Shown here piece after piece: positions 12,586 through 25,871 of a stretch of 64,000 nucleotides of DNA (position 1 is its first letter; each line of letters begins with the position of its first letter). Under the pieces are notes generated by a model, which was not told where the DNA came from, searched no databases, and saw nothing but the letters and a program-made list of their open reading frames with translations. The position numbers were made by a program, and so were the translations under genes. The stretch lies in the NCBI RefSeq assembly GCF_963921235.1, contig NC_086108.1, positions 86,120,001 to 86,184,000 of the forward strand, read 5' to 3'. The stretch is from Mobula hypostoma. Its lineage: Eukaryota.

Positions 12586-13160
12586 TGTTATGAAGGTGAA
12601 CAAAGTTACTAGAAGACACTAAGGATGGTCATATAGAAGTCTTTATTCAGCCCATAAGCAATTCTCAAATGTTGTGACTATGAGCGAAGTCACTAGAGAG
12701 AGACATTGAAGCTGGTGGATATAGACTTTATTTAGCAAAACAAGCAGGCATCATATTCAAGACAATCTTGGAAGAGGTCTCCTGATCCAATATTTCATGA
12801 CATTTTTATACGCTAAAGATCAAAGGTAACAGCAGAACAATTCTATAGTTGCAATGTATCTACAATGCTTTCTTTGAATTACATGTAATATTCAAATGCT
12901 TCCATTTCACTCCCACACTCCAGACACCCAAAATTAATGTTAGTCCCCACTGTCTCTGGGCCACATTCATGCATTTATGGGCATGTGAGCCAAATGGAAT
13001 GTTTCTTTGTTTGCAATCAACCATAATCTGCAACTTCAGAAAGACCATTGTCCAGAGCTGCATTTTAATTTTAATCTACAATCCACTTTCAGGTCTGAAA
13101 AGCAGCTGCTTTTGATATTAGTATTTCCTATATACCACAACTCCAGAACACACCTGAACA
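12586..13160 (-). mobile_element. Candidate solo LTR or nested LTRs inserted in Rex1
   Basis: Interrupts contiguous Rex1 sequence. TGTT...AACA termini, imperfect 5-bp flanks GTAGC/CTAAC, reverse-strand AATAAA. Confidence 0.45.
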
Positions 13161-14574
13161 CTAACACATTTCTACAGATGTACCATGGAGAGCATCCTAA
13201 CTGGTTACATCACCATCTGGTGTGGAGGAGCCACTGCACAGGATTGGAAAAAGCTGCAGAGGGTGGTAAGCACAGTCAGCTCCATTGTGGGCATTAGCCT
13301 CTCAACTATTGAGGAAATCTTCAAAAGACAATGTCTCAAAAAGGTGGCATCTATTATTAAGGACTCTAATCTCTCAGGACATGCTTCTTACTCATTACTA
13401 CCATCAGTGAAGAAATACAGGAACCTGAAGACACACACTGAACATTTCAGGGACAGCTCCTTCCTCTCTGCCATCAGATCTCTGAATGGACCATGAACAC
13501 TACCTCATTATGTTTGGCTGTCTTTGTACTACTTGCACTATTTCATTTAATTTCATTTTATTTCTTAGTGTAATTTATAAACCTGATTGTGATTCAGGTA
13601 ATCCCACCACTGAGTGCTGCTCCACAATCATAACTTGGAAAGTTAGATGTTTTGACATCAAAATTGCTGTGGAATGCCATGTTCAAGAGCATGTCTTGCC
13701 ATCAGGAATGAGATAGTTCAGGGTCTCAGCGTCTTGCTCTGCAGAGTTAGTGATCTTAAGAAGGTCTTAATTCTTTTTATCGTGACTTAGCCTTCTAGCG
13801 TATTAGTGTCAAAACAACTATTTTTCATTTCCTGTTTTAAATCTGTTTGACATTGCCAGTGAAAATATTTTGGCTTTAAATGATAAAATTATAGTTGGAT
13901 CCAAAATTCCAAAAATATTACAAAATAGACTGCAGTTGTTGCAAATATCCTGGCCACATATGCCTAGCTCCCTTAAGAATCTACTGGCATGCATATCCCT
14001 ATATCCCATTGGATCTGCTGCCCTCTGTGTCCCCATCTCTTCTAGGAATCTGAAAACATCAGGGTCCCTGATGAGTGATTTCTAAATTCTGTCTAGACCC
14101 AATTACCATTCTATAGGGAAGCCAGATAATGTTTGTGTATCTGAATTTGCTTAGGCTACAATATTCTCATCTCACAGAGTGCAAGGCTTATCCAATATCG
14201 TGTTTGAATTGTCAGCTTTCCCAAGATTGTGAAAACATTTATTGAACTGTTGGTCCATTTTTGTTAGTGTTCAATGCTAGACTATAGCCAATCATTTAGA
14301 CAAGTCCGTGGACTTTGTTTTTGCGATCTTTTTGCAATATCATCCTCAAGACTAAATCCAGCTTTTACTTTTACACTCAGGTCATCTCTCGTACTGTTTC
14401 AACAGCAATGTCAACTTTGACACTATCTCACCACCTGACTCCTCTTTACCTATAATGAAGGTTATTCTAACCCTTCTTGATGTAAACAGAAAGGGCAGGC
14501 AGTTAACATTGTCCAGTTTATTTGTGCTCTTTGGGGTCACCAAGAAATTGACAGTTGTTCATTTTGTTCTGGTA

Positions 14575-15305
14575 CAGAGCCTTGTTGAACTATTCAATCC
14601 CCACAACTACTTTCACATTCTACTGTCTCAATTTCTGAATTTAATATATATTGAAGTAGCATTTTTGAGCTAATTTTCCAAACTTTGTGCATTACATCAA
14701 ATTGAAAGAAAATTTCCAAAGCCTGTCAACAACTTACTAAAAATTAAAAACCAAAATTGTGAGGCTGAAAAAGTATTCATTCCTTTGGTTAATATGAGAC
14801 TAACTTTCCTCTGGTGCAGTACTGTATATTGCCTGAACAATTCACCCAATTTGTGGATGTAAGAAATTAGAGGATCTTTTTAGAGCTTCTTTGCCTCAAC
14901 ACAAAGTGGTACATGTGATATAAATCTAATACAGTGAGTCAGCCAGGTAACACCATCCCTACTGTAAGGTATGGTAGAGATAGCATCATGCCATGTGGAT
15001 GCTTTTCAGCAGGAGGTACTGGAAGTCTGGTCAGGATTGATAGGAAGATGAACACTGCTAAATCCGAAGAGATTCTGTACAAAAAAAATCCTGCTGGCCT
15101 CTGCCAGGAAACTTAAACTGGGGAAAAAGTTCAATTTTCAGCCAACCCAAAGCACACTGCCAGAGCAACCACGGAGTGGCTTCAAATGAAGAAAATTGAT
15201 GTCCTTCAGTGGCCCAGTCAGAGTTCTGACTTTAACCCAACCGAATATCTCTGGCAAAACCTCAAGACTGTTGTCCACCACCACTCTCCAACTAACCTGG
15301 CATAG
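14575..15305 (+). mobile_element. Degraded, deleted Tc1 transposon
   Basis: TA-CAGAGCC start and inner AAAAGTATTCA repeat. Transposase remnant TIPTVRYGRDSIMPCGCFSAGGTGSLVRIDRKMNTAK, followed by a WPSQS-like segment. Confidence 0.8.
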
Positions 15306-15314
15306 CCTGACCCA

Positions 15315-15733
15315 TGTAACCTACTCTAGAAGGTGCCCAGAAATTCCCTACTCCATAGCCCTCTATTTTCCTAAGCTTCATGTACCTACCTAAGAGTCTC
15401 TTAAAAGAACCTGTTGTATCCACCTCTACCACCTTCACTGGCAGTGCATTCCATGCACCCACCACTCTCTGTGTGGAAAATCTTACCTCTGACATCCCAC
15501 TTGTACCTATTTCCAAGCACCTTAAAACTATTCCCCCTTGTGTTAACCATTTCAACCCTGGGAAAAATCTTCTGGCTATCCACATAATCAATGCCTCTTA
15601 TCATCTCATACACCTCTATCAGTTCACTTCTCATCCTCCGTCGCTCCAAGGAGAAAAGGCCAAGTTAACTCAACCTATTCTCACAAGGTATGCCATCCAA
15701 TCCAGGCAACATCCTTCTAAATCTCCTCTGCAA
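15315..15733 (-). mobile_element. CR1 LINE 3' fragment
   Basis: RRMRSELIEVYEMIRGID and FSTQRVVGAWNALP motifs. Confidence 0.9.
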
Positions 15734-15744
15734 TAAGAAAAATC

Positions 15745-16020
15745 AAAGTTCAAAATTCAATGTAAATTTATTATCAAGGTATATGTATGTCACCATATGC
15801 AACCCTAAGACACATTTTATTGCGGGCATACTCAATAAATCTATACAATAACAGCCATAACAGAATCAATGAAAGACCTCACCAACTTGGGTGTTATCCT
15901 CTTTGACCCAAGAGCCTGCTGTTTGAGGGGTAGTATCTGTTCCTGAACTTGGTGGTGTGAGTCCTGAGGCTCCTGGACCTCCTTCCTGATGGCAGCAAAA
16001 AGAAGGTACAGGAGAGGTCC
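15745..16020 (-). mobile_element. Rex1/Babar 3' end fragment
   Basis: Minus strand has GGTCCAGGAGCCTCAGGACTCACACCACCAAGTTCAGGAACAG (R-S-L-R-T-H-T-T-K-F-R-N) and the tail TTAGGGTTGCATATGGTGACATAC..TTGATAATAAATTTACATTGAA. Confidence 0.7.
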
Positions 16021-17311
16021 TTTTCCTGATTGTGAGATCTCTAAAGAAATCTCCTGCAAATGATCCTAAACCCACCCACAGTCTTGCTAATGATTTCCTG
16101 TTCATTTTCTTGCCAGAGTATCTGGGTAGTTGGTTGTTGATAGCTAAATAAATCTTGACAATTAAAATCACACTGGATTTTTTTCTGGAATGTAAGGCAA
16201 AAACATTTTTAATTCACCAATACAGTATATGGCTGAGTTGCAAATGCTACTGCCAAAAAATGAAATGACAATGTATAAATGTTCCTGTGCCTTCATGTTA
16301 TCTTCACTGAAGTATTATTATTCTGTAGGGTAAACTAAGTATATTCATTGGTTTCAAAACATCACTGGGATTCCAATATGATTCCTCGGGTATCTCTCAT
16401 ATCAGCGACTTGAGTGTAATTAATACAGTCTGCCTAAGCTTTTTCAAATATTTTATTTTATTTATGGATACAGCACTACTCTTTGCGATTTTTAATTCTG
16501 CCTTTCTAAAGCTTCATGAGAAATTTATACTTCATCACCTGTATAGGTTTTATTTATTTTCAAGTAATGTTTGGGTGTAAGATGGAGGAGATGCAGAATC
16601 CACATTTTCTTTAATGGATGAAGTCTCATCCAAACCAAGTATGCAATCTACTTTATTCTGATTATCTCCTGAGGGAGGGGAGCTTGACAGTCAATGTGAA
16701 AAGATCACTTTTAGGCAGGAGAGTTTAGTGCTTTTGTAAACTACAGGCAGCATTACCTTTTTTAAAAAAAAATTAATGAGGCTATTTAACTTGAAGGAGA
16801 GGCTAACTCTGACACATGTGCTGGAGATATAAGACTGGTAACAAGTATTATTGTTGCAAATCTGTAGAAATTAGCTCTCCCTTTAAAATAGTCAATGGTG
16901 AATGGCTATACATGGCATGAAAGGATAATGGGTAGGTTATTTCAATTTTGTTAAATGTCCAGAATCATTGCAAGGAAACAATGGCAACATAGCAGTGATA
17001 ATAACTGGCTTCTTCCAATATTTTTTTCTCTACTTTTATTGCTTTAATTGTTTTTTCTGCTTAATTAACCTTGTCATTCTGGTTTGAAAGGTTTTTTTTT
17101 TGCCTGTAGCTCCTTACCCTCTGCCTCCTTCATCACAACCAATAATTATCCTGAATGCAGAGGTGAAACCCTTTCTTTCCATCAAAAATTAATTGGCTAC
17201 AACGAGGCATCTTCAGCCGAATAACACCAATTTATGTACATGCTATTCCATGTCCATACTTCCAAATTTATTGATATAATTCTTTATAATTTTTGAATTT
17301 TTTTTGCATGT

Positions 17312-20300
17312 TGAACATAAGACGTAGGAACAGATTTATGCCATTCAGCTCATTGAGCTTCCTGCGCCATTCCATCATGGCTGATTTATTATTCCTCTCT
17401 ACCCCATACTCCTACCTTCTCCCTGTAACTAAAGATGCCCTGACTAATCAAAAGCATATCAAACTCTGCTTTAAATATTTATTCCCACTTTTTGCCTCCT
17501 GCCAGTCAGCCAGTCTTCAATCGATGCTAGTATTTTTCCTGTAATACCAACGGCACTTACCCTGTTAAGCAGCCTCATGTGTGGCACCCTATCAAAGGCC
17601 TTCTAAAAATTCAAATAAACAACATCTACTGACTCTCCTTTGTCAATCTTGCCTTTTATTTTCTCAAAGAATTCCAAAAGATTGGTGGGGCAAAATTTCC
17701 TGCTAAGGAAGCCATGCCAACTTGACCTATTTTATCATGTGCCTCCAACTACCTCAAAACCTTATCCTTAATAATGGATGCAACATCTTCTCAACCACTG
17801 AAGTCAAGCTAACTGGCCTATAATTCCCTTCCTTCTGCCTCTGTGGATTGACATTTGCAATTAACCAGTTGCCCGGAACCATTCCAGAATTTGGTGATTC
17901 TTGGAAGATCTTTACTAATGCCTCCACAATCTCTTCAGCCACCTCTTTCACTACCCTTGGGTGTAGGCATTCCAGTCCAGGTGACTGATCTACCTTCAGA
18001 CCTTTCAGTTTTCCAAGCACCTTCTCCTTATTAATAACATTACACTCAATTCTGCCCCATGACACTCTCGAATTTCTGGCATACTCGTGTCTTCCACAGT
18101 GAAGACTGATGCAAAATATTTATTTATTAATTATTATTTCTTTGTCCCCCATTATTACCTCTGTAGCAATCATTTTCCATGGCCCAATATCCAATCTCAC
18201 CTCTCTTTTACTCTTTATATATCTGAAAAATCTTTAGGTATCCTCTTTTATATTATTGACTAGCTTACCTTCATATTTCATCTTATGGCTTTTTTAGTTG
18301 TTTCTGTTGGTATTTAAAAGCTTCCCAATCCTCTAACTTCCCACTAATTTTTGTTACTATTGCATGCCCTCTTTTAGTTTTATGCTGTCTTTGACTTCTC
18401 CTATCATCCATGATTGCCTAATCCTCCCCTTAGAATACATCTTCATCTTTGGGATATACTTATCCTGCACCTTCCAAAATGCTCCCAGAAACTCCAGCCA
18501 TTGCTGTTCTGCTTGCTAGTGTCCCCTTCCAGTCAGCTTTGGCCAACTCCTCTCTCATGCCTCTGCAATTCCCTTTACTCCACTGTAATAATAATACATC
18601 AGGCTTTTTCTTCTCCTGCTCAAACTGCAGGGTGAATTCTATCATATTATGATCACTGCATCCTGAGGGTTCCTTTACCTTAACCACACTAATCAAATCT
18701 GGTTCATCACAAAACACCCAATCCAGAACTGGCTTTCCTCTAGTGGTTTTAACCACAAGATGTTCTAAAAACCCATTTTGTAAGCATTCTACAAACTCCC
18801 TCTCTTGGGATCTGCTGCAATACGGATACATCTGACTTTAGCTTCTCTCTTCCAAATTGCAGGGTGAATTCTATCATATTATGATCACCATTTCCTAAAG
18901 GTTCCCTTACCTTAAGCTCCCTAAACATATCTGGTTCATAACACAACACCCATTCTGGACATACTGAACCAAAAGTGGGCTCAACCATAAGCCGTCCTAA
19001 AAAGCCATTTGTAAGCATTCTACAAATTCCTTCTTTTGGGATCCAGCAGCAACCTAATTTTACCTGCATATTGAAATCCCCAATGACTATAGTAACATTA
19101 CCTTTTTATTGCCTTTTCTATCTTCCATTGTAATTTTCACCTCGCATCCTGGCTGCTTTTTGGAGTACTGTATGTAACTCCCATCTGGGTCTTTTTGCCC
19201 TTGCAGTTTCTTACCTCTTCCCACGAGGGTTCGACATCTTCCGATCCTATATCACCTTTTTATATAGATTTGATATTGTTTTTTTTACCAGCAGAACCTC
19301 CCCACCCACCCTGCCTACTTGCTTGTCTTTTCGATACAAGGTGTATCCTTAAATGTTAAGCTGCTAACTATGATCATCTTTTAGCCACAACTCTGATGCC
19401 TACAACTTCATACCTGCCAATCTCTAACTGTGCTACAAGATCACCTGCCTTATTCCGTAAACTATGTACATTCAAATATAACACCTTTAGTCCTGTATTC
19501 ATCACCCTTCTCGATTTTGCTCCCCTGTTACACTTCAACCATCCCACTGACTGCAATTTTACCCTATCATCTGCCTGTTCTTCCTCAATCTCACTATAAA
19601 ACTGCATCTACTTGGATAGCAACTGCCCCATTCTCAATCCTATCACTCCAGTTTCCACCCCCCTGCCAAATTAGTCCCCCTCAGATTTAGGTGTAAACCA
19701 TTTTTTTTTATACTGTTCATATCTTCCCCAGAAGCAAGCCCAATGGTCAAAAAATCGGAAGCCCTGCCTCCTGTGCCAATTCCTCAGCCATGCATTTATC
19801 TACCAAAACTCTCACTGGCATATGGCACAGGCAGCAATCCAGAGATTACTGCTCTGGAGGTCCTGCATTTAAGCTTTCTATTTAACTCCCTATATTCTCT
19901 CTTTGGAACCTCATCCCCATTCCTACCTACAGAATGTCATTGTTACCAATATGTTCCACAAATTCCTGCTGCTCACTCTTCCCCTTTAGAATGCTATGGA
20001 CCCAGTCCAAGACATGCCTGGCCCTGTCACCTGGGAGGCAACATACCATCCGACTGTCTCTCTCCCATAAACAAAATCTCCAGTCTGCTCCTCTAACTAT
20101 TTAATTTTCTATCTCTACTGCGCCCCTATTCTCTCCCTTCCCCTTCTGAGACATTGAGCCAGACTCAGTACCAAAGACCTGACCACTGTGGCTTTCCTCT
20201 GTTGTTGAAGGGAACGGTTACAGGGGTATTCTTCACTGGCTGCCTATCCCCTTTCCTCCTCCTGATGGTTACCCAGGTATATGTGTCCTGCACCTTTGGT

Positions 20301-20741
20301 GCAACTACCTCCCTGTATGTCCTGTCAATCAACCCCTCAGTTCATTCAGTTCCAGCTCCATTCCTTAACACCGTCTCAAAGAAGCTGCAGCTGGATGCAT
20401 TTCTTGCAGGTGTAGTCATTAGGGATACTGGAGGTCTCCCTGCCTTCCCACATCCCGAAAGAGGAGCATTCACTATTCTTCAGGGCACCCCACTGTTCTA
20501 ACTGTGCAATAAGAAAGAAGAAAGAAAAATTAAATGGAAAAAAATGCTACCCATAGCCTTTGCCTCTCCTTGCTAAAGCCTGTATGAGCCATAACATGAG
20601 CTTCCCACTCTAACACTGGCCCACTCCCACAATGGCTAATCTGCTAAAACCTAATTTATTTTTATTGGCCTGCACCGTGCATAATTCAGCACAATGCAAC
20701 ATCTCCTCAGGAACAGTGACACACAGAGTGTAGCGCCAACA
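17312..20741 (-). mobile_element. CR1 LINE, 5'-to-3' span with deletions and an internal duplication
   Basis: LKVLYLNVHSLRNK (APE start), DHNMIEFTLQF (twice) and GNYRPVSLTSVV (RT). ORF1 region and 5' UTR are homologous to 3900-4523. Confidence 0.9.
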
Positions 20742-21419
20742 TACCACACTAAATTCCTAATACATGCAAATGTTTAAGGAAAATAAAGTTGATCCTTGAT
20801 ACTTGGATCTTTGATTAAGTGTTCTAAGGTGTTCTATAGCAGGCAAACAAGCACTAACAGCTCCATGCCTCATTGGTGTGGGGACCAGGGTGAGAATGCG
20901 CTGACTGCAAAGGAACAGTACTTTAGATTTTCTGTATACTGAAATTTAGTTAGCCTTATAAATTGTGATTGAACAAACAAATTCTCACTCATGATATTGT
21001 TACTGGTCCTCCTTAAATGTAATAATAACTGTGATAAGAACATAAGGAATATAACCAAGGGTTCTTCTTGCACCCGCTTAAGCCTTCTTCATCATGTAAC
21101 TAAACTGCAGCTGATCCTGCAGCTCAAATCCACTTTGCTGCTTGATCACCACATCTTCCGATTCCCTCAGTGTCAAAAAATCCATTGACCTCAGCCTTGT
21201 GTATACAGTACTCTGTGCTTGCTCAAGCTCGGGTCTCTGAAGTAACATTTAAAAAAAACGTGTCAGAAAATATTAAATATTCCAAATCTAATTAATGACT
21301 TCCATGGCTCAGAAGACAATGCTTTGAGACGTCTGTGCTGTATCATGATTACTGCAGAAGAAAATCATCATGAGGTATGTCTGCTCATACTTGGTTTGAG
21401 CTATTTAAAATGTATTTTC

Positions 21420-23415
21420 CTTGATAAACGTCAGCATGGTTCCATGTGTGGTAGGTCATGTCTAAGCTATCTTGTAGAGTTTTTCGAGAAAGTTACCAGG
21501 AAGGTGGATGTTGTAGGAGAGACAGGGAGTGGTCATGGAGGGTTGCCCCTCTGACTGGAGATCTGTGACTAGTGGTGTGCCGCAGGGATCGGTGCTGGGT
21601 CCATTATTGTTGATATAGATGAAAAACAATATCGATGATAATGTGATTAGCTGGATTAACAGATTTGTGGATGATGCCAAGAATGGGGGTGTAGTGGACA
21701 GTCAGGAAGGTTATCATGGCTTGCAGAGGGATCTGGATCAGCTGAAAAAATGGTCTGAAAAATGACAGATGGAATTTAATGCAGAGAAGTGCAAGATGTA
21801 CTTCAGTAGGACCAACCGGGGTAAGTCTTACACAGTGAATGATAGGGCACTGAGGAATGTGGTATAACAAAGGGATCTGGGAAGTGACATCACAGGTAGA
21901 TAGGGTTGTAAAGAAAGTTTTTGGCACACTGGCCTTCATAAATCATTGTACTGAGTACAGGAGTGGGATGTTATGTTGAAATTGTATGAGACTTTGGTTC
22001 AAAGGTTCATATATTATCAAACAATGTATGCAGTATACAACTCTGAGATTCTTCTTCTCTAGGTAGCCATGAAACAAAGAAAAATCATGGAAATCAGTTC
22101 AGAGAGAAACAGGAAAACCACCTCCCACCACCCCCCACACAAAAAAGAATGGCAGCATGATCATCAGCCCCCAAAATCCCCTCCCCTGCACAAAATGCTA
22201 CAAGAACCTTGGTCCCCAAAACCCTCTCTCCCCACACAAAGAAACTAACAAAAATGCAACTAATACATCAACTCCCACACCACCATCCCCCACAAAAAAA
22301 ATCACAAGGACATCGAACCCCGAATCTCCCTCTCCCTGCACAAAAAAATGAAAACAAATGGGCTAAAACACAGAATATAAAGAACTATAATAAGACTGGA
22401 AAAGGTCCATAGTCCACAGTTCACATCAATAAATGCAGAAAACCTCAGTAACATCCTCCGAGCACAGCGAGGGGCCATACAGGCTCCGTTTCCAGCAGCA
22501 GTGATCCCACCAGTATTCAACAGGCAGGCAGTTGGTGCTCACCCTTCGCATTTACCTCGATGTTTCAATCTCCTTCATTGCTTTAATTGGCAAAATGGAA
22601 TCGAACATTGGCTCACGCCCCGTATCGTAGCCTTCTCAGCTCGAGGCTCATGTTCACTGCCTCACAGAATCCTCATGGCAACAACAAAGCCCTGAATCAC
22701 CTACATGATCTCCTAGCTGCAAACTGCAGGCTCTAACAGTTTCAGAAACGTATTCAAAATGAAAAACTGACATAAAAGAAGAGAAATAAATAGTTTAGAG
22801 GTCAATCCTGAAAATGGCGACTGAGGGAGACTTGTACACAGTAGCCATCTTGACGATTTGACTAATTTGGAGTATTCTATGTAGTTTTGGCCACCTGCCT
22901 ATAGGAGAGATATAAATAAGGTTGAAAAAGTACAACAAAAATTTACAAAGATCTTGCCAGGTCGGAAGGGCCAGAGTTATAAAGAAAGAACAAATAGGTT
23001 AAGACTTTATTCCTTTGAAAGTAAAAGAGTGAAAGATTTGATAGAGGTATTCAAAATTATGAGGCATATAGATTTGGAAAATGTAAACAGGGTTTTTCCA
23101 TTGAGGTCGGGTGGGACTACAACCAGAGATCATGGATTAAGTGTGAAAGGTGACAAGTTTAAGCGGAACATGAGGGGAAATTTCTTCACTCGGAGGGCTG
23201 TGAGAGTGCGGAACAAGCTGCCAGCACAAGTGGTGCATACGAGCTCGATTTCAACTTTTAGGTGAAGTTTGTATAGGTACATGGATGGTAGGGGTATGGA
23301 GAGCTATGGTCCCGGTGCGGGTCGATGGGAGCAGGCAGTATAAAAGGTGTCGGCATGGACTAGATGAGCCGAAGGGCCTGTTTCGAAGCTGTACTTTTCT
23401 CTGACTCTATGACTT
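21420..23415 (+). mobile_element. CR1 LINE 3' portion interrupted by family X copy B
   Basis: QHGSMCGRSCLSYLVEFFE, SGVPQGSVLGP and FVDD. Resumes at about 22856 (FFTRRAVRVRNKLP) and ends in the CR1 tail CTCTGACTCTATGAC. Confidence 0.9.
21997..22852 (-). mobile_element. Non-autonomous Rex1-tailed retroposon (family X, copy B)
   Basis: Clean interruption of CR1. Minus strand starts CAAGATGGCTAC and ends ATATGAACCTTTGAACC. 3' end is homologous to 250-339. Confidence 0.75.
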
Positions 23416-23591
23416 GAGTTGTCTACCTGCACTGTACATTAAGGTAACTGCAACACTATATTCTGCATTCTGTTTTTCATTCTACTACTTCAGGTAATTA
23501 AATATAGCATTATATGTTTGTTTGGCAAGCTGAACAAAAGGCAATGCAAAGTACAAAACAAAATAGATGAGATTGAGAGTTTCAAGTTCCT

Positions 23592-24380
23592 TCAATAGGT
23601 TCAATAGATAAATTTAATGCCAGCGAAATGTATACAATAGACATCCTGAAATTCTTTTTCAGCGCAAATATCCACGGAAACAGAGGAGTGCCCCAAAGTG
23701 TGAATGACAGTTAAGTGTTAGAACCCCAAAATCCTCCCCAGCTCCCCCCACCCACACAAACAGTAGCAGAACAACAATCCCCCCCACCAGCAAAAAAGCA
23801 TTGACGTCCCCCACCGAGCACACAAGTGTGCAGCAAAGCATCAAAAAAGACACAGACTTGTGGTACCCCAAAGACTACTCATTTACCAGGTAATTCAACA
23901 TACCACAAGCTCTCTCTCTTCCTAATGAGGGAAAAAGAGATGTCGCCATTTCACAGCGAGACGGAAGACATAACAAAATAACGCGCTGATTTCTGTTGTT
24001 AAAAGTCTGTTGCGCCGCTTTTCCCAAGCTCTGGGCACACAGCCAGCAGCCAACTCGCTGCTTTCGATCTGTGTACTCCCATGACACATCAGGCGGCAGC
24101 ACCGGCCTTGAATCAGCCCACCTCCAGAGCCATGAAAACCTGGCACCCTGAAAGCGCGCTAGTCTTCCAGGCCGCATATTGAAAAGTGGCCGGTCGGGAG
24201 GCCCTGAGAGTGGGTCCCGTTTCACAAAGAACTGAAGTCAGCGTGTAACTCCAGGTCAGGGTCTTCAAAAGGACCCTGAAAAGGGGGAAAAAAGATATTA
24301 AAGATAGAAATAGAGCAGTTTCCGAAAATGCAAGCAAAGGAGTTGCCGTTAGGTTCCGTCATCCTTAGCTCCGCCCCTCC
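23592..24380 (-). mobile_element. Non-autonomous Rex1-tailed retroposon (family X, copy D)
   Basis: Collinear with 45507-45905 plus 48525-48950. Head GGAGGGGCGGAGCTAAGGATGACGG; tail ATTAAATTTATCTATTGAACCTATTGA. Confidence 0.8.
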
Positions 24381-24537
24381 GTTTGGAGCGAACATCACCA
24401 AAAGCTTGTCCTGGTCCAATCACAGAGGTCATGGCTAAGAAAGCTCACTAACGCTTCTACTTCCTCAGGAGGCTCAAGAAATCTCACATGTCCCTAGCGG
24501 CTCTTGCCAATTTTTATCAATGCACATAGAAAGCATT

Positions 24538-25632
24538 TGGTGGAGCATTGGCTGGTCGGCGGAAAGTAGGGAGCGGGAGTAAAGGGATCCTATTCTGGCT
24601 GGCTGCTGGTTACCAGTGGAGTTCCACAGGGGTTGGTGTTGGGACCGCTGCTTTTTACGATGTACATCAATGATTTGGACTACAGTATTAATGGATTTGT
24701 GGCTAAATTTGCCAATGATACAAGATAGGAGCAGGTAGTTTTGAGGAAACAAAGAACCTGCAGAGAGTCTTAGATAGTTTAGGGGAATGGGCAAAGAAGT
24801 GGCAAATGAAATACAATGTTTGAAAGTGTATGGTCATGCAGTTTGGTGGAAGAAGTAAATGGGCAGACTATTATTTAGATGGGAAGAGAATTCAAAATAC
24901 AAAGATGCAAAGGGATTTCGGAGTCCTTGTGCAATATACACTAAAGGTTAACTTCCAAGTTGAGTCGGTTGTGAAGCAGATGAATGCAATGTTGGCATTC
25001 ATTTCGAGATGTATAGAATATAAGAGCAGAGATGTGATATTGAGGCTCTATAAGGCACTCGTGAGACCCACACTTGAAGTGTTGTGTGCAGTTTTGGGCT
25101 CCTTATTTAAGAAAGGATATACTGACATTGGAGAGGGTTCAGAGAAGATTCACAAGAATGATTCCTGGAATGAAAGGGTTACCATATGAGGAACATCTGG
25201 CAGCTCTTGGGCTGTATTCCTTGGAGTTCAGGAGAATGAGTGGGGATCTCATAGAAACATTCAGAATGTAAAAAGTCCTGAACAGATTAGAAATGGCAAA
25301 GTTATTTCCCATGGTAGGGGATTCTAGAACAAGAGGGCATGACTTCAGGATTGAAGGACATCCATTTAGAACTGAGATGCGGAGAAATTACTTTAGTCAG
25401 AGGGTGGTAAATCTATGGAATTTGTTGCCATGAGCGACTGTGGAGGCCAAGTCATTGGATGCATTTAAGGCAGAGATAGATAGGTTCTTGATTAGCCAGG
25501 ACATCAAAGAGTATGGGATGAAGGCAGGGCAGTGGGGAAGACTGGAAGAATTAGATCAGCCCATGATCGAATGGCAGAGCAGACTCGATGGATGGAATAG
25601 CCTACTCTTGCTCCTATATCTTTTGGCCTTAT
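24538..25632 (+). mobile_element. CR1 LINE 3' fragment
   Basis: SGVPQG, FANDT and [30 protein letters not shown] motifs; CR1 3' hairpin tail. Confidence 0.9.
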
Positions 25633-25871
25633 GGATTGCTATAGCAACTGCTCTGCATGTGACCACAGAAGACTACAGAAAGTCATGGACACATCTCTGC
25701 ACACCACAGGAACCTCTATGTACTCTGTCTACACTTCGCTCTGCCTCAGTAACATAACCAGTACAATCAAAGACACCACCCATTCTAGACATTCTCCCTT
25801 TTCATAGAACATAGAACATACAACAGTACAGCACAGTACAGGCCCTTCGGCCCGCAATGTTGTGCCGACCC

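Larger units (their letters stand above)
12300..13530 (+). mobile_element. Rex1/Babar LINE 3' fragment split by two insertions
   Basis: ORF 13185-13496 (ESILTGYITIWCGG..DWKKLQRVV..FRDSSFLSAIRSLN) is the Rex1-type RT C-terminus. Upstream pieces lie at 12300-12391 and 12532-12585. Confidence 0.8.

Noticed and set aside
21314..21380. Possible small exon ending GAG|GTATGT
   Set aside because: Weak acceptor, unrecognisable peptide and no partner exons.
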